A stretch of 64,000 nucleotides of DNA from Bdellovibrionales bacterium. Its GTDB lineage: Bacteria; Pseudomonadota; Alphaproteobacteria; UBA9219. Below the pieces are notes generated by a model. It was not told where the DNA came from. It ran no database searches and worked only from the letters and a program-made list of their open reading frames with translations. Position 1 is the first letter of the stretch, and every line of letters starts with the position of its first letter. Made by a program: the position numbers and the translations under genes. Shown in pieces: positions 33,600-43,067 of the stretch. Location: positions 142,531-206,530 of the forward strand of contig JBAZRW010000003.1 in assembly GCA_041662785.1 (NCBI GenBank). The letters run 5' to 3'.

Positions 33600-34688
33600 A
33601 TGAGAACCCTGACAGCTGGATCGACGATAGGCATTTTAGGCGGGGGGCAGCTGGGGCGCATGACGGCCATGGCCGCCGCGCGGCTTGGGTTTCCTTGTCA
33701 CGTTTTTTGCCAAAATGAGGACGAGCCTGCGGTTGCTGTTTGCGCCGCCCATACGCTTGGCGCGTGGGACGATGCGGACGCCCTGACGCGCTTTGCCAAG
33801 GCCACCGATGTTGTGACGCTGGAGTGGGAGAACGTGCCTCTCGCCGCGCTGGATGTAGTAGCGCAGCATACGCCTTTGTTTCCCAGTGCGACGGTTCTGC
33901 GTATCGCACAGGACAGGGGGCTGGAAAAACGCTTCACCCGCGAGATTGGTGTGGGCACGGCAGAATTTGTGATTGTGCGCTCGGCTGCCGAGCTAGAGAA
34001 GGCTTTGGAGTCGTTTTCCCGTCCGGCCATTTTGAAATCCACGCGCATGGGCTATGACGGGCGTGGGCAGGTTAAAATCGTGGATGGTATGGCGGCGCAG
34101 GATGCATGGGCGCAAATGGGCAGCGAGGAAGGAATCCTTGAGGCCTTTGTCGCTTTTGAGAAGGAAGTGTCCGTGATCGTCGCGCGGGGCGAGGACGGCG
34201 CAAGCGTCGCCTTTCCCGTTATGGAAAACACGCACCGCAACCATATTTTGTTTGAAACGCAAGCGCCCGCGCTGGTCGATCCCGCAGTTGCCAAAGAAGC
34301 GATAGACATCGCGCAGCGTATGGCCACGCACCTGCATGTGGTGGGCTTGCTGACGGTTGAGCTGTTTGTCTTGAAAGAGCCAAACGAAAAAGGCCAAAGC
34401 GTTTTGGTGAACGAGATCGCGCCGCGTCCCCACAATTCTGGCCACTGGACGATTGATGCTTGCCTTTGCAGCCAGTTCGAAATGCTGGTGAGGGCTGTTG
34501 CGGGCTTGCCGTTGGTTGAGGCCACACCGCATAGCAAGGTCGTGATGCGCAATATCCTTGGCGAGGATTTAGATCGTTGCCCTGCCTATGTCGCCGATCC
34601 GACAGCCGCCTTGCACCTGTACGGAAAGAAGGATCCTCGCGAGGGCCGCAAGATGGGCCACGTCACGTTCTTGAAAGGCGCGTGGTGA
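33600..34688 (+). CDS. purK: N5-carboxyaminoimidazole ribonucleotide synthase
   Basis: ATP-grasp; IGILGGGQLGRM N-terminus, typical PurK length. Confidence 0.9.
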   Translation: MRTLTAGSTIGILGGGQLGRMTAMAAARLGFPCHVFCQNEDEPAVAVCAAHTLGAWDDADALTRFAKATDVVTLEWENVPLAALDVVAQHTPLFPSATVLRIAQDRGLEKRFTREIGVGTAEFVIVRSAAELEKALESFSRPAILKSTRMGYDGRGQVKIVDGMAAQDAWAQMGSEEGILEAFVAFEKEVSVIVARGEDGASVAFPVMENTHRNHILFETQAPALVDPAVAKEAIDIAQRMATHLHVVGLLTVELFVLKEPNEKGQSVLVNEIAPRPHNSGHWTIDACLCSQFEMLVRAVAGLPLVEATPHSKVVMRNILGEDLDRCPAYVADPTAALHLYGKKDPREGRKMGHVTFLKGAW

Positions 34689-34744
34689 GCCTTTATACCA
34701 ACGGCCTCATGAAATGATTCATAAAACCTTGACGGGATTTCCTC

Positions 34745-34855
34745 CTGTCCCATTCTTCGTCATCCCGCACCCCTCTACGCCCTTCGGGCTTCGCGGGGCA
34801 GGCGAAGCGACGCGTGAACATCGCGTAGATGCGGGATGACGAAATAGTGAATGGC
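34745..34855. repeat. hairpin module shared with family C repeats
   Basis: CGTCATCCCGC-acccctctacgcccttcgggcttcgcggggcaggcgaagc...-GCGGGATGACG; the same inner sequence is present at 27432 and 52336. Confidence 0.65.
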
Positions 34856-34902
34856 CGTCCATGGTAAAAACCAACGTGATAATTCACGGGGTGATTGATC
34901 TT

Positions 34903-37900
34903 TTACCCCCCCATTAACCACTTGATATCGTCTTGGGTAAGGGAAGCGGCAGCAGCGGGTTTATCACCAAACAGCGCGGCGGCAAGGCCAGCCTTGCGGC
35001 CTTGAAGCTCCACTATACGCTCCTCCACAGTGCCTTCCGCGATCATCTTGTATACAAAGACGTGCTTCGTCTGGCCGATGCGATGGGCGCGATCCGTAGC
35101 CTGATTTTCCACGGAAGGGTTCCACCATGGATCATAATGAATGACAGTATCCGCCGCCGTCAGGTTGAGTCCCGTGCCGCCAGCCTTAAGGCTGATAAGG
35201 AACAAGGGAACCTCTCCAGCTTGAAAACGTTTGACGGGCGTGGCGCGATCTTTGGTCGTGCCGCGAAGCTCAACATAGGGAATGTCCAGCTTCTCGACCT
35301 CTAGCTTGATCAGATCGAGCATCGAGGTGAATTGCGAAAAAAGGAGAATCTTGCGGCCTTCTTCGATAAGGGTAGGTATCATCTCCATCAGCTCATCCAG
35401 CTTGGCGGAGGATTTCACCTTCCGCGCAGCCTCTAGCTTGACAAGGCGCGGATCGCAGCACGTCTGGCGAAGCTTTAGCAGCGCGTCCAAAATAACAATC
35501 TGGCTTCGCGCAAGGCCTTTGGCTGCGATTTCATCGCGCACCTTGTCGTTCATGACGTGACGCACGGCTTCGTACAGGTCGCGCTGATCGTCGGCCAGCG
35601 TGACGTGACGGATAATCTCTGTCTTGGGCGGCAGGTCTTTTTCAACTTCGGATTTCAGGCGGCGCAGAACGAAAGGCCGCAAGCGCCGCGCGAAAAGATT
35701 CTTGCGATCATTATCACCGTCTTTTTCAATCGGTGCGCGATAATGCTTGGTGAACTTTTTATGATCGCCCAAAAGACCCGGCATCAGGAAGGTGAAGATA
35801 GACCACGCCTCGCCCAAATGGTTTTCGACAGGCGTACCCGTCAGGCAAATCCTTTGCTTGGCTTTCAGGGAACAAGCCGCCTGAGTCATCTTAGCCGCTG
35901 GGTTCTTGATGGCCTGCGCCTCGTCAAGGATCAGAAGACTCCATTTCTGCCCCGCCAGCTTTTCGCTGTCACGCGGCAGCAAAGGATAAGTTGTCAGAAC
36001 AACATCATAGTGTTCGGTCTTACTAAATCGGGTGAAGCGCTCTTTGCCATGAAGGGTCAGGACTTTAAGGGAGGGCGTGAACTTGGCCGCCTCCGCCTGC
36101 CAGTTGGCAATTAGGCTGGTCGGCATGACAATCAGGCAAGGATCTTCAAGCTTTTTGGATTCTTTAAGCGACTGGATATAGGCGAGGGTCTGGATGGTTT
36201 TACCCAGTCCCATATCGTCGGCCAGAATGCCGGACAGCCCGTATTCGCCAAGAAAGTGCAGCCAGTTGTAGCCATCGATTTGATAGGGCCGCAGCGTGGC
36301 ATCCAGCTTTTTAGGTAACGCGCGTTTTTTGATGCCTTCAAAGTTGCCCAGTTTTTCAATCAACTTGCGAAGGCCGCCTTCGCCAAGCCAACGCTTGCTG
36401 GTGATTGCCTCTAACTTCAAGAACGCAGCGGTCAGATCCATCGACACGCGCAGCGTGCCGTCTTTGTTCAGCGCTTTGTCGTCGAACAGCTCAACCAGTG
36501 TTTTCAAAATCGTGCGGATACGATCCGCAGGCAGCGCGATCATGCGACCATCGGGCAGTGGCGCATAGCATTTGCCGCCTTCGGTCAGACGATCAATATC
36601 GGCGTGCGCGTTCAGCTTCTTGATCATGGCGACAAGGATGGGCAAAAGGGGGATGCGCTCCCCCCCTATTGTAATGCCCAGATCCATCGAAAACCACCAA
36701 TCGCCCGTTTGCTCAAACGACGCGTCGATGTCCTCGCTATCCGGCTCAAGGATGATGGCGGGCTGCGGCGCGTTGTCGCTGATCACAAAGCCTTCGGCCT
36801 CAAGCAATGCGCGACCCGTGTGACGTATATCCAGCCAAAACCAAGGTGAGGCCGTTTCATCGGGCAAGAGAAGGGAAGGCTGCGCGGAGGCAAAATCGCC
36901 CAACGGATGGGGGGCGGGCATCAGATGATGCTGCTCAAGCTTCTTTAGAAGTTTTTTCTCTGCCGCCCCATTACGTTTATAGAGGCGAATTTCATCGTCC
37001 TTGACCGCTGTATAATGTGTTGGCGTAAGGGTAGAGGCCGTCCCTTCCTCACCATAGGTAAAGGAAAGCCTAGCCGTTTGCTCACCCTTGGGTGTTTGCA
37101 CTAGGTTCAGATGCGCGGACGGAGTCTCAAGCTTGTCTTTCATGTCGCGGATTTTAAAGGGCGCGGGTAAAGGCGCGTCAATTTCCTTCATGGCCTTGCG
37201 TACCGCGGGCGTTTCATTTTGTGTGATGGGCGGCGCTTTAAGAAAACGCGCTACGATCTGCGCTTCTTCACGGCAGACAAGCCGACCCATCGCGCCATTG
37301 GCCACGTTGACATACCACGGGCTAGGCAGGAAAAGGGGCGTCAAATCACGCCCAGCAGGGGCGATGGTCGGGCGTTGCCGCATGTCGGGCAAAAGCGTCC
37401 ATGACAGATGACCTTCTTCGTCTTTGCCCCTTATAAGCGGCGAGGTGTTTTCATGATCCAGAAAGGCGCGACCCGTGCTTAAAATACGGGTTACGATAAA
37501 ATCAACATAATCGCCATCGGTATCAAACGACCACGCTATATGGGGCAACTGACTCCCATAATGGTCTTTTAAAAGAAGAAAGATGCCCTTGTCTTGCTCA
37601 TGATAAAGGCTGCCTTGCTGACGCATCATCGTGGCTTGTCCATAACCAACATTTTTCTTACCGCTCCACCCACCGTCGCGCAGCTTGTGCTGAGAGTAAG
37701 GTGTTACGATAAGGCTACCGCCCCCTTTTTCGTCCTGTGCAAGAATATAGATGAGGCGGCTGTCTTGAAGGGAGGCGTTGTTTTCACCTGCCTTCAGATT
37801 TTTAAGCCAGCCAAGCGTTTGCGTTGATAGCGCAGCGGCCGCGCCCTTGCGACCGGCCAAGGTAAAATCGCCGATGCGTTCGTGCTTGCGACTATCCTGC

Positions 37901-38175
37901 GCAATGGCTTCAAAAAGCGTCGCCGCGCCGTGCTTGCACATATAACCGACAGGGCACGAGCAATAGCTTTGGATTGTTGCGCGGCCACCCCGTTTGCCGA
38001 TTTCGATATCGACGCGATAGGGCGAGTTCGCCGTGCCTTGAACAAGGGCACTGAGCCGCGCGCCTTGAGTGTCAAGCTGAACGTCTTTGACGTGGCCTTG
38101 GGTTTGATAGGTGTGACCGCGCACGCGATCACGTGCATCAAACAGCCTTGCAATATCCTGCGCATTAAAAAGCAC
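34903..38175 (-). CDS. SNF2-family helicase with N-terminal SWIM zinc finger
   Basis: 1090 aa; SWIM (CSCPVGYMCKHGAA), DEAD-like ATPase motifs (LADDMGLGKT, DEAQAIKN) and HelicC motifs (QATDRAHRIGQ). Confidence 0.8.
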   Translation of the reverse strand: MLFNAQDIARLFDARDRVRGHTYQTQGHVKDVQLDTQGARLSALVQGTANSPYRVDIEIGKRGGRATIQSYCSCPVGYMCKHGAATLFEAIAQDSRKHERIGDFTLAGRKGAAAALSTQTLGWLKNLKAGENNASLQDSRLIYILAQDEKGGGSLIVTPYSQHKLRDGGWSGKKNVGYGQATMMRQQGSLYHEQDKGIFLLLKDHYGSQLPHIAWSFDTDGDYVDFIVTRILSTGRAFLDHENTSPLIRGKDEEGHLSWTLLPDMRQRPTIAPAGRDLTPLFLPSPWYVNVANGAMGRLVCREEAQIVARFLKAPPITQNETPAVRKAMKEIDAPLPAPFKIRDMKDKLETPSAHLNLVQTPKGEQTARLSFTYGEEGTASTLTPTHYTAVKDDEIRLYKRNGAAEKKLLKKLEQHHLMPAPHPLGDFASAQPSLLLPDETASPWFWLDIRHTGRALLEAEGFVISDNAPQPAIILEPDSEDIDASFEQTGDWWFSMDLGITIGGERIPLLPILVAMIKKLNAHADIDRLTEGGKCYAPLPDGRMIALPADRIRTILKTLVELFDDKALNKDGTLRVSMDLTAAFLKLEAITSKRWLGEGGLRKLIEKLGNFEGIKKRALPKKLDATLRPYQIDGYNWLHFLGEYGLSGILADDMGLGKTIQTLAYIQSLKESKKLEDPCLIVMPTSLIANWQAEAAKFTPSLKVLTLHGKERFTRFSKTEHYDVVLTTYPLLPRDSEKLAGQKWSLLILDEAQAIKNPAAKMTQAACSLKAKQRICLTGTPVENHLGEAWSIFTFLMPGLLGDHKKFTKHYRAPIEKDGDNDRKNLFARRLRPFVLRRLKSEVEKDLPPKTEIIRHVTLADDQRDLYEAVRHVMNDKVRDEIAAKGLARSQIVILDALLKLRQTCCDPRLVKLEAARKVKSSAKLDELMEMIPTLIEEGRKILLFSQFTSMLDLIKLEVEKLDIPYVELRGTTKDRATPVKRFQAGEVPLFLISLKAGGTGLNLTAADTVIHYDPWWNPSVENQATDRAHRIGQTKHVFVYKMIAEGTVEERIVELQGRKAGLAAALFGDKPAAAASLTQDDIKWLMGG

Positions 38176-38193
38176 TGTGTTTCTCTATTCCTG

Positions 38194-38237
38194 AAAAGGG
38201 TGAACGGCGCAGAATACAGCCCCGTTCACCTTTTTTC
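38194..38237. terminator. bidirectional hairpin terminator downstream of trpS
   Basis: GGGTGAACGG-14 nt-CCGTTCACC flanked by AAAA and TTTTTT. Confidence 0.55.
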
Positions 38238-38254
38238 AAGAGAAGAGAAGTGCT

Positions 38255-39244
38255 TTACAAAAATCCGACCCGATCTTTGACATCGCGCAGGTGCTTTTGG
38301 GTGAGGTCATTGGCTTTGTCCGCCCCTTTGGCAAGAATCGCGTCGATTTCAGCTTGATCGGCCATCAGCTCACGCATGCGGTTTGTGATGGGAACTAGCT
38401 TAGAGATCGCCAGATCAGCCAAATCTTTCTTAAAGGTCGAAAACTGTGCCCCCGCGTGGGTTTTTAGAACCTCGGCCACTGTTGTGTCCGCCAATGAGGC
38501 ATAAATGGTCACAAGGTTATTGGCCTCTGGCCTTTCCGCCATCTCCTTGGCCGTTTCCGGCAGAGGTTCAGGGTCGGTCTTCGCCTTGCGGATTTTCAGC
38601 ATGATCGTGTCGGCATCGTCCGTCATGTTGATGCGCGAGTAATCGGATTCGTCCGACTTGCTCATCTTCATCTTGCCATCGCGTAGCGACATGATGCGCG
38701 TCGCCTCGCCCATGATCAACGGTTCAGGAATGGGGAAGGTGTCGCCATAGGTGTTGTTAAAGGCAATCGCGATATCGCGCGTTAGCTCAACATGCTGCTT
38801 TTGATCCTCGCCGACAGGGACGTGCGTCGCCTTATAGGCCAGAATGTCAGCCGCCATCAAAACCGGATAGCTGTAAAGGCCCAACAGTTGCTTGCCTTGA
38901 TCCTTGCCCGCCTTGTCCTTGAATTGCGTCATGCGGTTCAACCAGCCAAGCGGAACCTTCGTGCCCAAAATCCATGCCAGCTCAGTATGCGCGGGCATCA
39001 TGCTTTGGACGATCAGTGAGCTTTTGTTTGTGTCGATGCCCGATGCCATATAGGCACACGCGACTTCACGCGTTGCTTTGCGTAAAGCTTCAGGGTCTTG
39101 CGGTAGCGTGATCGCGTGCAAATCGACGACGCAGTAAAAACACTCATAGTCGTCTTGTAGCTTGACCCAGTTTTTCAAAGCGCCAAGATAGTTGCCAAGG
39201 TGAAGATTGCCCGTAGGCTGCATGCCAGAGAAAATGCGTTTCAT
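38255..39244 (-). CDS. trpS: tryptophan--tRNA ligase
   Basis: Class-I HIGH-type motif ([14 protein letters not shown]) and KMSKS (KMSKSDES). Start trimmed from the 39301 ORF to MKRIFSG. Confidence 0.9.
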   Translation of the reverse strand: MKRIFSGMQPTGNLHLGNYLGALKNWVKLQDDYECFYCVVDLHAITLPQDPEALRKATREVACAYMASGIDTNKSSLIVQSMMPAHTELAWILGTKVPLGWLNRMTQFKDKAGKDQGKQLLGLYSYPVLMAADILAYKATHVPVGEDQKQHVELTRDIAIAFNNTYGDTFPIPEPLIMGEATRIMSLRDGKMKMSKSDESDYSRINMTDDADTIMLKIRKAKTDPEPLPETAKEMAERPEANNLVTIYASLADTTVAEVLKTHAGAQFSTFKKDLADLAISKLVPITNRMRELMADQAEIDAILAKGADKANDLTQKHLRDVKDRVGFL

Positions 39245-39296
39245 TGTGGGACTCCTGATTGATGTTTGCAAAGCTAATTCGTCTGTTTTAACTTGT

Positions 39297-39401
39297 GTCA
39301 TCCCCGCGAAGGCGGGGATCCAGCTGCGCGGCGTCTGCCGCGCCTAAGACTCATACGCCTCGCGGACGCTCGGCGCTGGATTCCCGCCTTCGCGGGAATG
39401 A
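39297..39401. repeat. MITE-like palindromic repeat, family B copy
   Basis: GTCATCCCCGCGAAGGCGGGGATCCAGC-49 nt core-GCTGGATTCCCGCCTTCGCGGGAATGAC. Confidence 0.8.
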
Positions 39402-39465
39402 CAAAACGGGTAAGGACTAACGCCATCGCCCGTCTTGGCAGAAAATCGATCTTAATGAAATAATC

Positions 39466-41040
39466 CTAAACATCGCTCTTGCCTTTTTGTGCTGGCGCGC
39501 CTTTGAAACGCGTCAGGATCTCTCCTAGTTGCATTGCGCCCGTTATATGTAATAGCACAGCATAGAAGACGGACGAAAGCCCCATTATAAGGAGAAGCCC
39601 CCCCATTTTGCTTAAAAGAGGCGTGGAATCGAATAAAAACGCCGTCCAGCGGCAGGTTAAAAAGGTCAGGACACTCATGCCGCCTGCGCTTATGAAAAGG
39701 CGCGGTAGGCGCTTTTTCAGCGTTTCATCGGCAAGGCTCTCACCGCGCTTTTGCAGCTTTCTGTAAAGGAGGATGACGTTAAGCCACGTGGCGGCGCTTG
39801 TCGCCAATGCCATGCCAACATGCTCAAGCCAGTTCATCAGAAGAACCGCGAGGGTGACATTCGCCACCATGCACACAATGGCGATTTGAACGGGGGTCTT
39901 TGTGTCTTGGTAGGAGAAAAAGCGCGAGGCGAAAATCTTAGCCAGCAGAAAGGCGGGAATGCAAAGGCTATAGGCCGAAAGGGTCGCCGCCGTCTCAACC
40001 GTGTCTAGATGCGTAAACGCGCCATGCTCAAAGAGCGTCTGGACAATTGGCCCCGCAGCAAGGCCAAGGCCAACAGCCGAAGGAAGGCCAAGAACAAAGC
40101 TAAATTCAATCGCGCGGCTGATGGTGTGGCGGATCGCGCCGCTATCGCCGTTCGTTTCATGCTTTGACAGGATGGGCAAAAGGGTTGTGGCGACGGCCAC
40201 ACCAATGATGCCAAGCGGCAATTGGTTGAGCCGATCCGCATAATAGAGGTACGACACCGCGCCCGTCGGCAGCATGGAAGCCAAAATGGTGGTCAGCAGC
40301 AAATTGATCTGCGTTGCGCCTGCACCTACCGCTCCTGGGCCGATGTTCTTGAACAATTTGCGACCCGCCTCAGACAGATGCGGCCACATAAGGGGAATGT
40401 TAATCCGTGCATTACGGCAACTGATCGCAAGCCAGAGCGCCTGCGCCGCGCCAGAAATCACCATGCCCCAAGATAAAGCCTCGGCCACGTTCCAGCTAAA
40501 AAAACTGCTGAAAAGGAGGGCGGAAATCATCACGATGTTGAGCATAATGGGCGCGGCGGCTCCGGGGCCAAAACGGCCATGCGCGTTCAAAACGCCGCTT
40601 TGCAAGGCGGTAATGGAGATCAAAAGCAGATAGGGAAAAGTGATGGTGCTGTATTTCACGGCTAGCGCGAATTTAATCGGCTCATCATGAAAGCCCGGCG
40701 CGATCAAGCGGAGCGCCCATGGCATCAACAGCATGATGAGGATCGTAAAGGGAACCAGCAGCGCGATCATAAGCGCCAGAGCCTCACCTGCAAAAAGCTT
40801 GGCAGCTTCATCGCCGTGACGCTCTTTCTCTGCCGTGTAAAGCGGGACAAAGGCGGCCGAGAAAGCGCCCTCAGCAAACAGGCTGCGGAACAGGTTGGGG
40901 ATACGCTGCGCAACAAAGAACGCGTCGGCCTCTGTCCCTGCCCCTAAAAACATGGCTGTCAGCGTATCACGAACAAAGCCCGCGACGCGGCTTAGCATCG
41001 TAAAACCACTGACAGTGACAAGGGCGCGGGCAAAGCTCAT
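39466..41040 (-). CDS. murJ: lipid II flippase MurJ (MviN)
   Basis: 524 aa, 14 TM; N-terminal MSFARALVTVSGFTMLSRVAGFVRD signature. Confidence 0.9.
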   Translation of the reverse strand: MSFARALVTVSGFTMLSRVAGFVRDTLTAMFLGAGTEADAFFVAQRIPNLFRSLFAEGAFSAAFVPLYTAEKERHGDEAAKLFAGEALALMIALLVPFTILIMLLMPWALRLIAPGFHDEPIKFALAVKYSTITFPYLLLISITALQSGVLNAHGRFGPGAAAPIMLNIVMISALLFSSFFSWNVAEALSWGMVISGAAQALWLAISCRNARINIPLMWPHLSEAGRKLFKNIGPGAVGAGATQINLLLTTILASMLPTGAVSYLYYADRLNQLPLGIIGVAVATTLLPILSKHETNGDSGAIRHTISRAIEFSFVLGLPSAVGLGLAAGPIVQTLFEHGAFTHLDTVETAATLSAYSLCIPAFLLAKIFASRFFSYQDTKTPVQIAIVCMVANVTLAVLLMNWLEHVGMALATSAATWLNVILLYRKLQKRGESLADETLKKRLPRLFISAGGMSVLTFLTCRWTAFLFDSTPLLSKMGGLLLIMGLSSVFYAVLLHITGAMQLGEILTRFKGAPAQKGKSDV

Positions 41041-41049
41041 GAAGGCTCG

Positions 41050-41826
41050 TTATAAGTAAGCGTAGACAAACAACTGATAATACAGACATCCGGCCAAAGC
41101 CAGACACAAAGCAGGGGCAAAGGGAAACTCTTTCGCGCCGCTGATATGCTTCCAAAGAAGCCCCATCACCGCGCCTAAAAGGCCTGATATGACTAAAAAC
41201 CAAGGGATCATGACGACGGGAAGCCACAGACCTGTGGCCGCGAAGAATTTGACGTCGCCCAAGCCTAACATCTCACGCCCGCGCCACTTGCTGTAAACGA
41301 TAGCGAGTAAAAGCCCCATGCCCAAAAGGCCTGCTGACCCGACAAGCCCCATAAACAGGTCGCCTTGTCCGACAATAAGCCCCATCACGCCTAAGAAGCC
41401 GAGCGTTATATTCAGGCCATCGGGGATAATGCCAAAGGCCAAATCAATCATCGCAATGGCGGGGAGCAGTCCTAGCGCCAGACAAAGCGGGATAAGAATG
41501 GGCGACCAGCCCGCGATGGCGACGGCGATCACACCCAGCAAAAAGCCCGCCACTTCAACAACAGGTTGCATCCACTGCCCTGTTTTTTTACCGCAAGGGC
41601 AGGGGAATGTTTTGAAGGCAGGCCTTAAGAGCCACCCGAATAGAGGAAAGTATTCATGCAGTTGAAGGGGCTTTAAGCAAAAGAAGCAATGGGGTCTGCG
41701 GCTTTCTCCCGGCAATCTATCGGCTGAGCGATAGCCAAAATGCGCCGCGAGAGAAGCCGAGACGAGGCCAAGCCCGCCTCCGGCCAGCAGATTGAAAAGA
41801 ATTGTAAAAAAGTTGTTTTCTTCCAT
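41050..41826 (-). CDS. prepilin peptidase (A24 family) with N-terminal Cys-rich zinc-binding region
   Basis: CFFCLKPLQ...CPCGK tetracysteine motif then a polytopic membrane domain with conserved Asp residues (IDLAFGIIPD). Confidence 0.65.
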   Translation of the reverse strand: MEENNFFTILFNLLAGGGLGLVSASLAAHFGYRSADRLPGESRRPHCFFCLKPLQLHEYFPLFGWLLRPAFKTFPCPCGKKTGQWMQPVVEVAGFLLGVIAVAIAGWSPILIPLCLALGLLPAIAMIDLAFGIIPDGLNITLGFLGVMGLIVGQGDLFMGLVGSAGLLGMGLLLAIVYSKWRGREMLGLGDVKFFAATGLWLPVVMIPWFLVISGLLGAVMGLLWKHISGAKEFPFAPALCLALAGCLYYQLFVYAYL

Positions 41827-41934
41827 TGTGAATCACCTGATTGACCATTGGCGCGAATACATATAAATCTAAAAAGAGCAAATGCCTATCAAAATGCCCG
41901 ATTCTGGGACTTCCGCGATAACTGGAGAGAAAAC

Positions 41935-42684
41935 ATGAACAAGACTCGTACCTTTGCCTTCTTGTCTTCACTGCTTCTTGGTTTTTCACTTTCATTTTCG
42001 GCTCTTGCAGCGACGCCACCCGCCAAGCCGGAAAACGTCATGAAGATTCTGAAAGAGAATAAAGACCTTAGCAAATTTGCCGATCTTGTGGAAAAAGCGG
42101 GCCTTGAAAGCGAACTCACCAGCAAAGATGCGCGGCTTACCATTTTCGCGCCTAATAACGCTGCGATGGATAAGCTTTCGTCTGATGTTCTGGATCGTGC
42201 CAAAGAAACCAAGGACGGTCTTAAAAACCTTGTTCATTATCATATGATCAACGGCAGCGTCGTGTTTGCTACGAATATCAAGGGCCGCCGCGCTTCGCCT
42301 AGCTCGGCCAGCGGCGAGATGATTGGTTTTGACGGCATGGGCAAAACACTCAAGGTTGGCGAGGCGACCATTACGACTGAAGATTTAGGTTCTAATAATG
42401 GCGTTGTTCAGGTTATCAGCGCTGTGCTTGTTCCTGACTCGCTCAAAGATCCCAAGATTAAAGAAGCTCAAAAGGAAAAAGAAGAAGCTGCGATGAAGAA
42501 AGAGATGGAGGAACGCGAAAAGGAGACCGCCAAGAAAATGGAAAGTTCGGCTCCCGCTGCCGTTGCTCCTGTGAAAGGGGAAACGCCAGCTACTGCCCCT
42601 AGCGTTGCTGGATCCGCGCCCGTGGCCGCTCCTGCCCCCAAAGAGGAAAAGAAAAGTTTCCTGAAGGGCTTGTTCGGACGTTAA
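41935..42684 (+). CDS. secreted fasciclin (FAS1) domain protein with Lys/Glu-rich and Pro/Ala-rich C-terminus
   Basis: Signal peptide then a FAS1 core (TIFAPNNAAM...NGVVQVISAVLVP). Start trimmed to the ATG after GGAGAG. Confidence 0.7.
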   Translation: MNKTRTFAFLSSLLLGFSLSFSALAATPPAKPENVMKILKENKDLSKFADLVEKAGLESELTSKDARLTIFAPNNAAMDKLSSDVLDRAKETKDGLKNLVHYHMINGSVVFATNIKGRRASPSSASGEMIGFDGMGKTLKVGEATITTEDLGSNNGVVQVISAVLVPDSLKDPKIKEAQKEKEEAAMKKEMEEREKETAKKMESSAPAAVAPVKGETPATAPSVAGSAPVAAPAPKEEKKSFLKGLFGR

Positions 42685-42705
42685 GTGAGGTTCTTAGTTA
42701 TCAAT

Positions 42706-42735
42706 AAAAAGCGGGGCTTATGCCCCGCTTTTTGT
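42706..42735 (+). terminator. rho-independent terminator after the fasciclin gene
   Basis: GCGGGGC-ttat-GCCCCGC followed by TTTTTG. Confidence 0.7.
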
Positions 42736-42737
42736 TT

Positions 42738-42787
42738 GGTCGGAGAGAGAGGATTGATCAAAAACGCTCGCTTCTCGCGTTTTTGCC
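42738..42787. repeat. 19-nt direct copy of the tRNA-Pro 3' end + GATCAAAAAC + palindrome + TTTTTGCCC
   Basis: TGGTCGGAGAGAGAGGATT is identical to 42941-42959. The junction motif is the same as next to tRNA-Gly at 22936-22984. Confidence 0.75.
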
Positions 42788-42940
42788 CGTCAAGCGGCGC
42801 CTCGTCAGCCTCCGTTCTTTCAGAACTACGGCGTGACTGCGGCGTCCAAAACCGCCTTCGCAGTTTTGTCGAACCTCCTTCTTCGGTTCGAAATGCTAAT
42901 CTTTGACCATTAAAAAAGCCCCCCTATGGGGCTTTTTTAA

Positions 42941-43017
42941 TGGTCGGAGAGAGAGGATTCGAACCTCCGGCCCCTGCCTCCCGAAGGCAGTGCTCTACCG
43001 GGCTGAGCTACTCTCCG
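42941..43017 (-). tRNA. tRNA-Pro (anticodon CGG)
   Basis: Reverse complement CGGAGAGTAGCTCAGCCCGGTAGAGCACTGCCTTCGGGAGGCAGGGGCCGGAGGTTCGAATCCTCTCTCTCCGACCA; terminator hairpin immediately downstream (42912-42938). Confidence 0.85.
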
Positions 43018-43067
43018 AACATGTACTAAAAGCTTAGGCGCGTGGTTATAGCGCTGTACGCCCTAGT

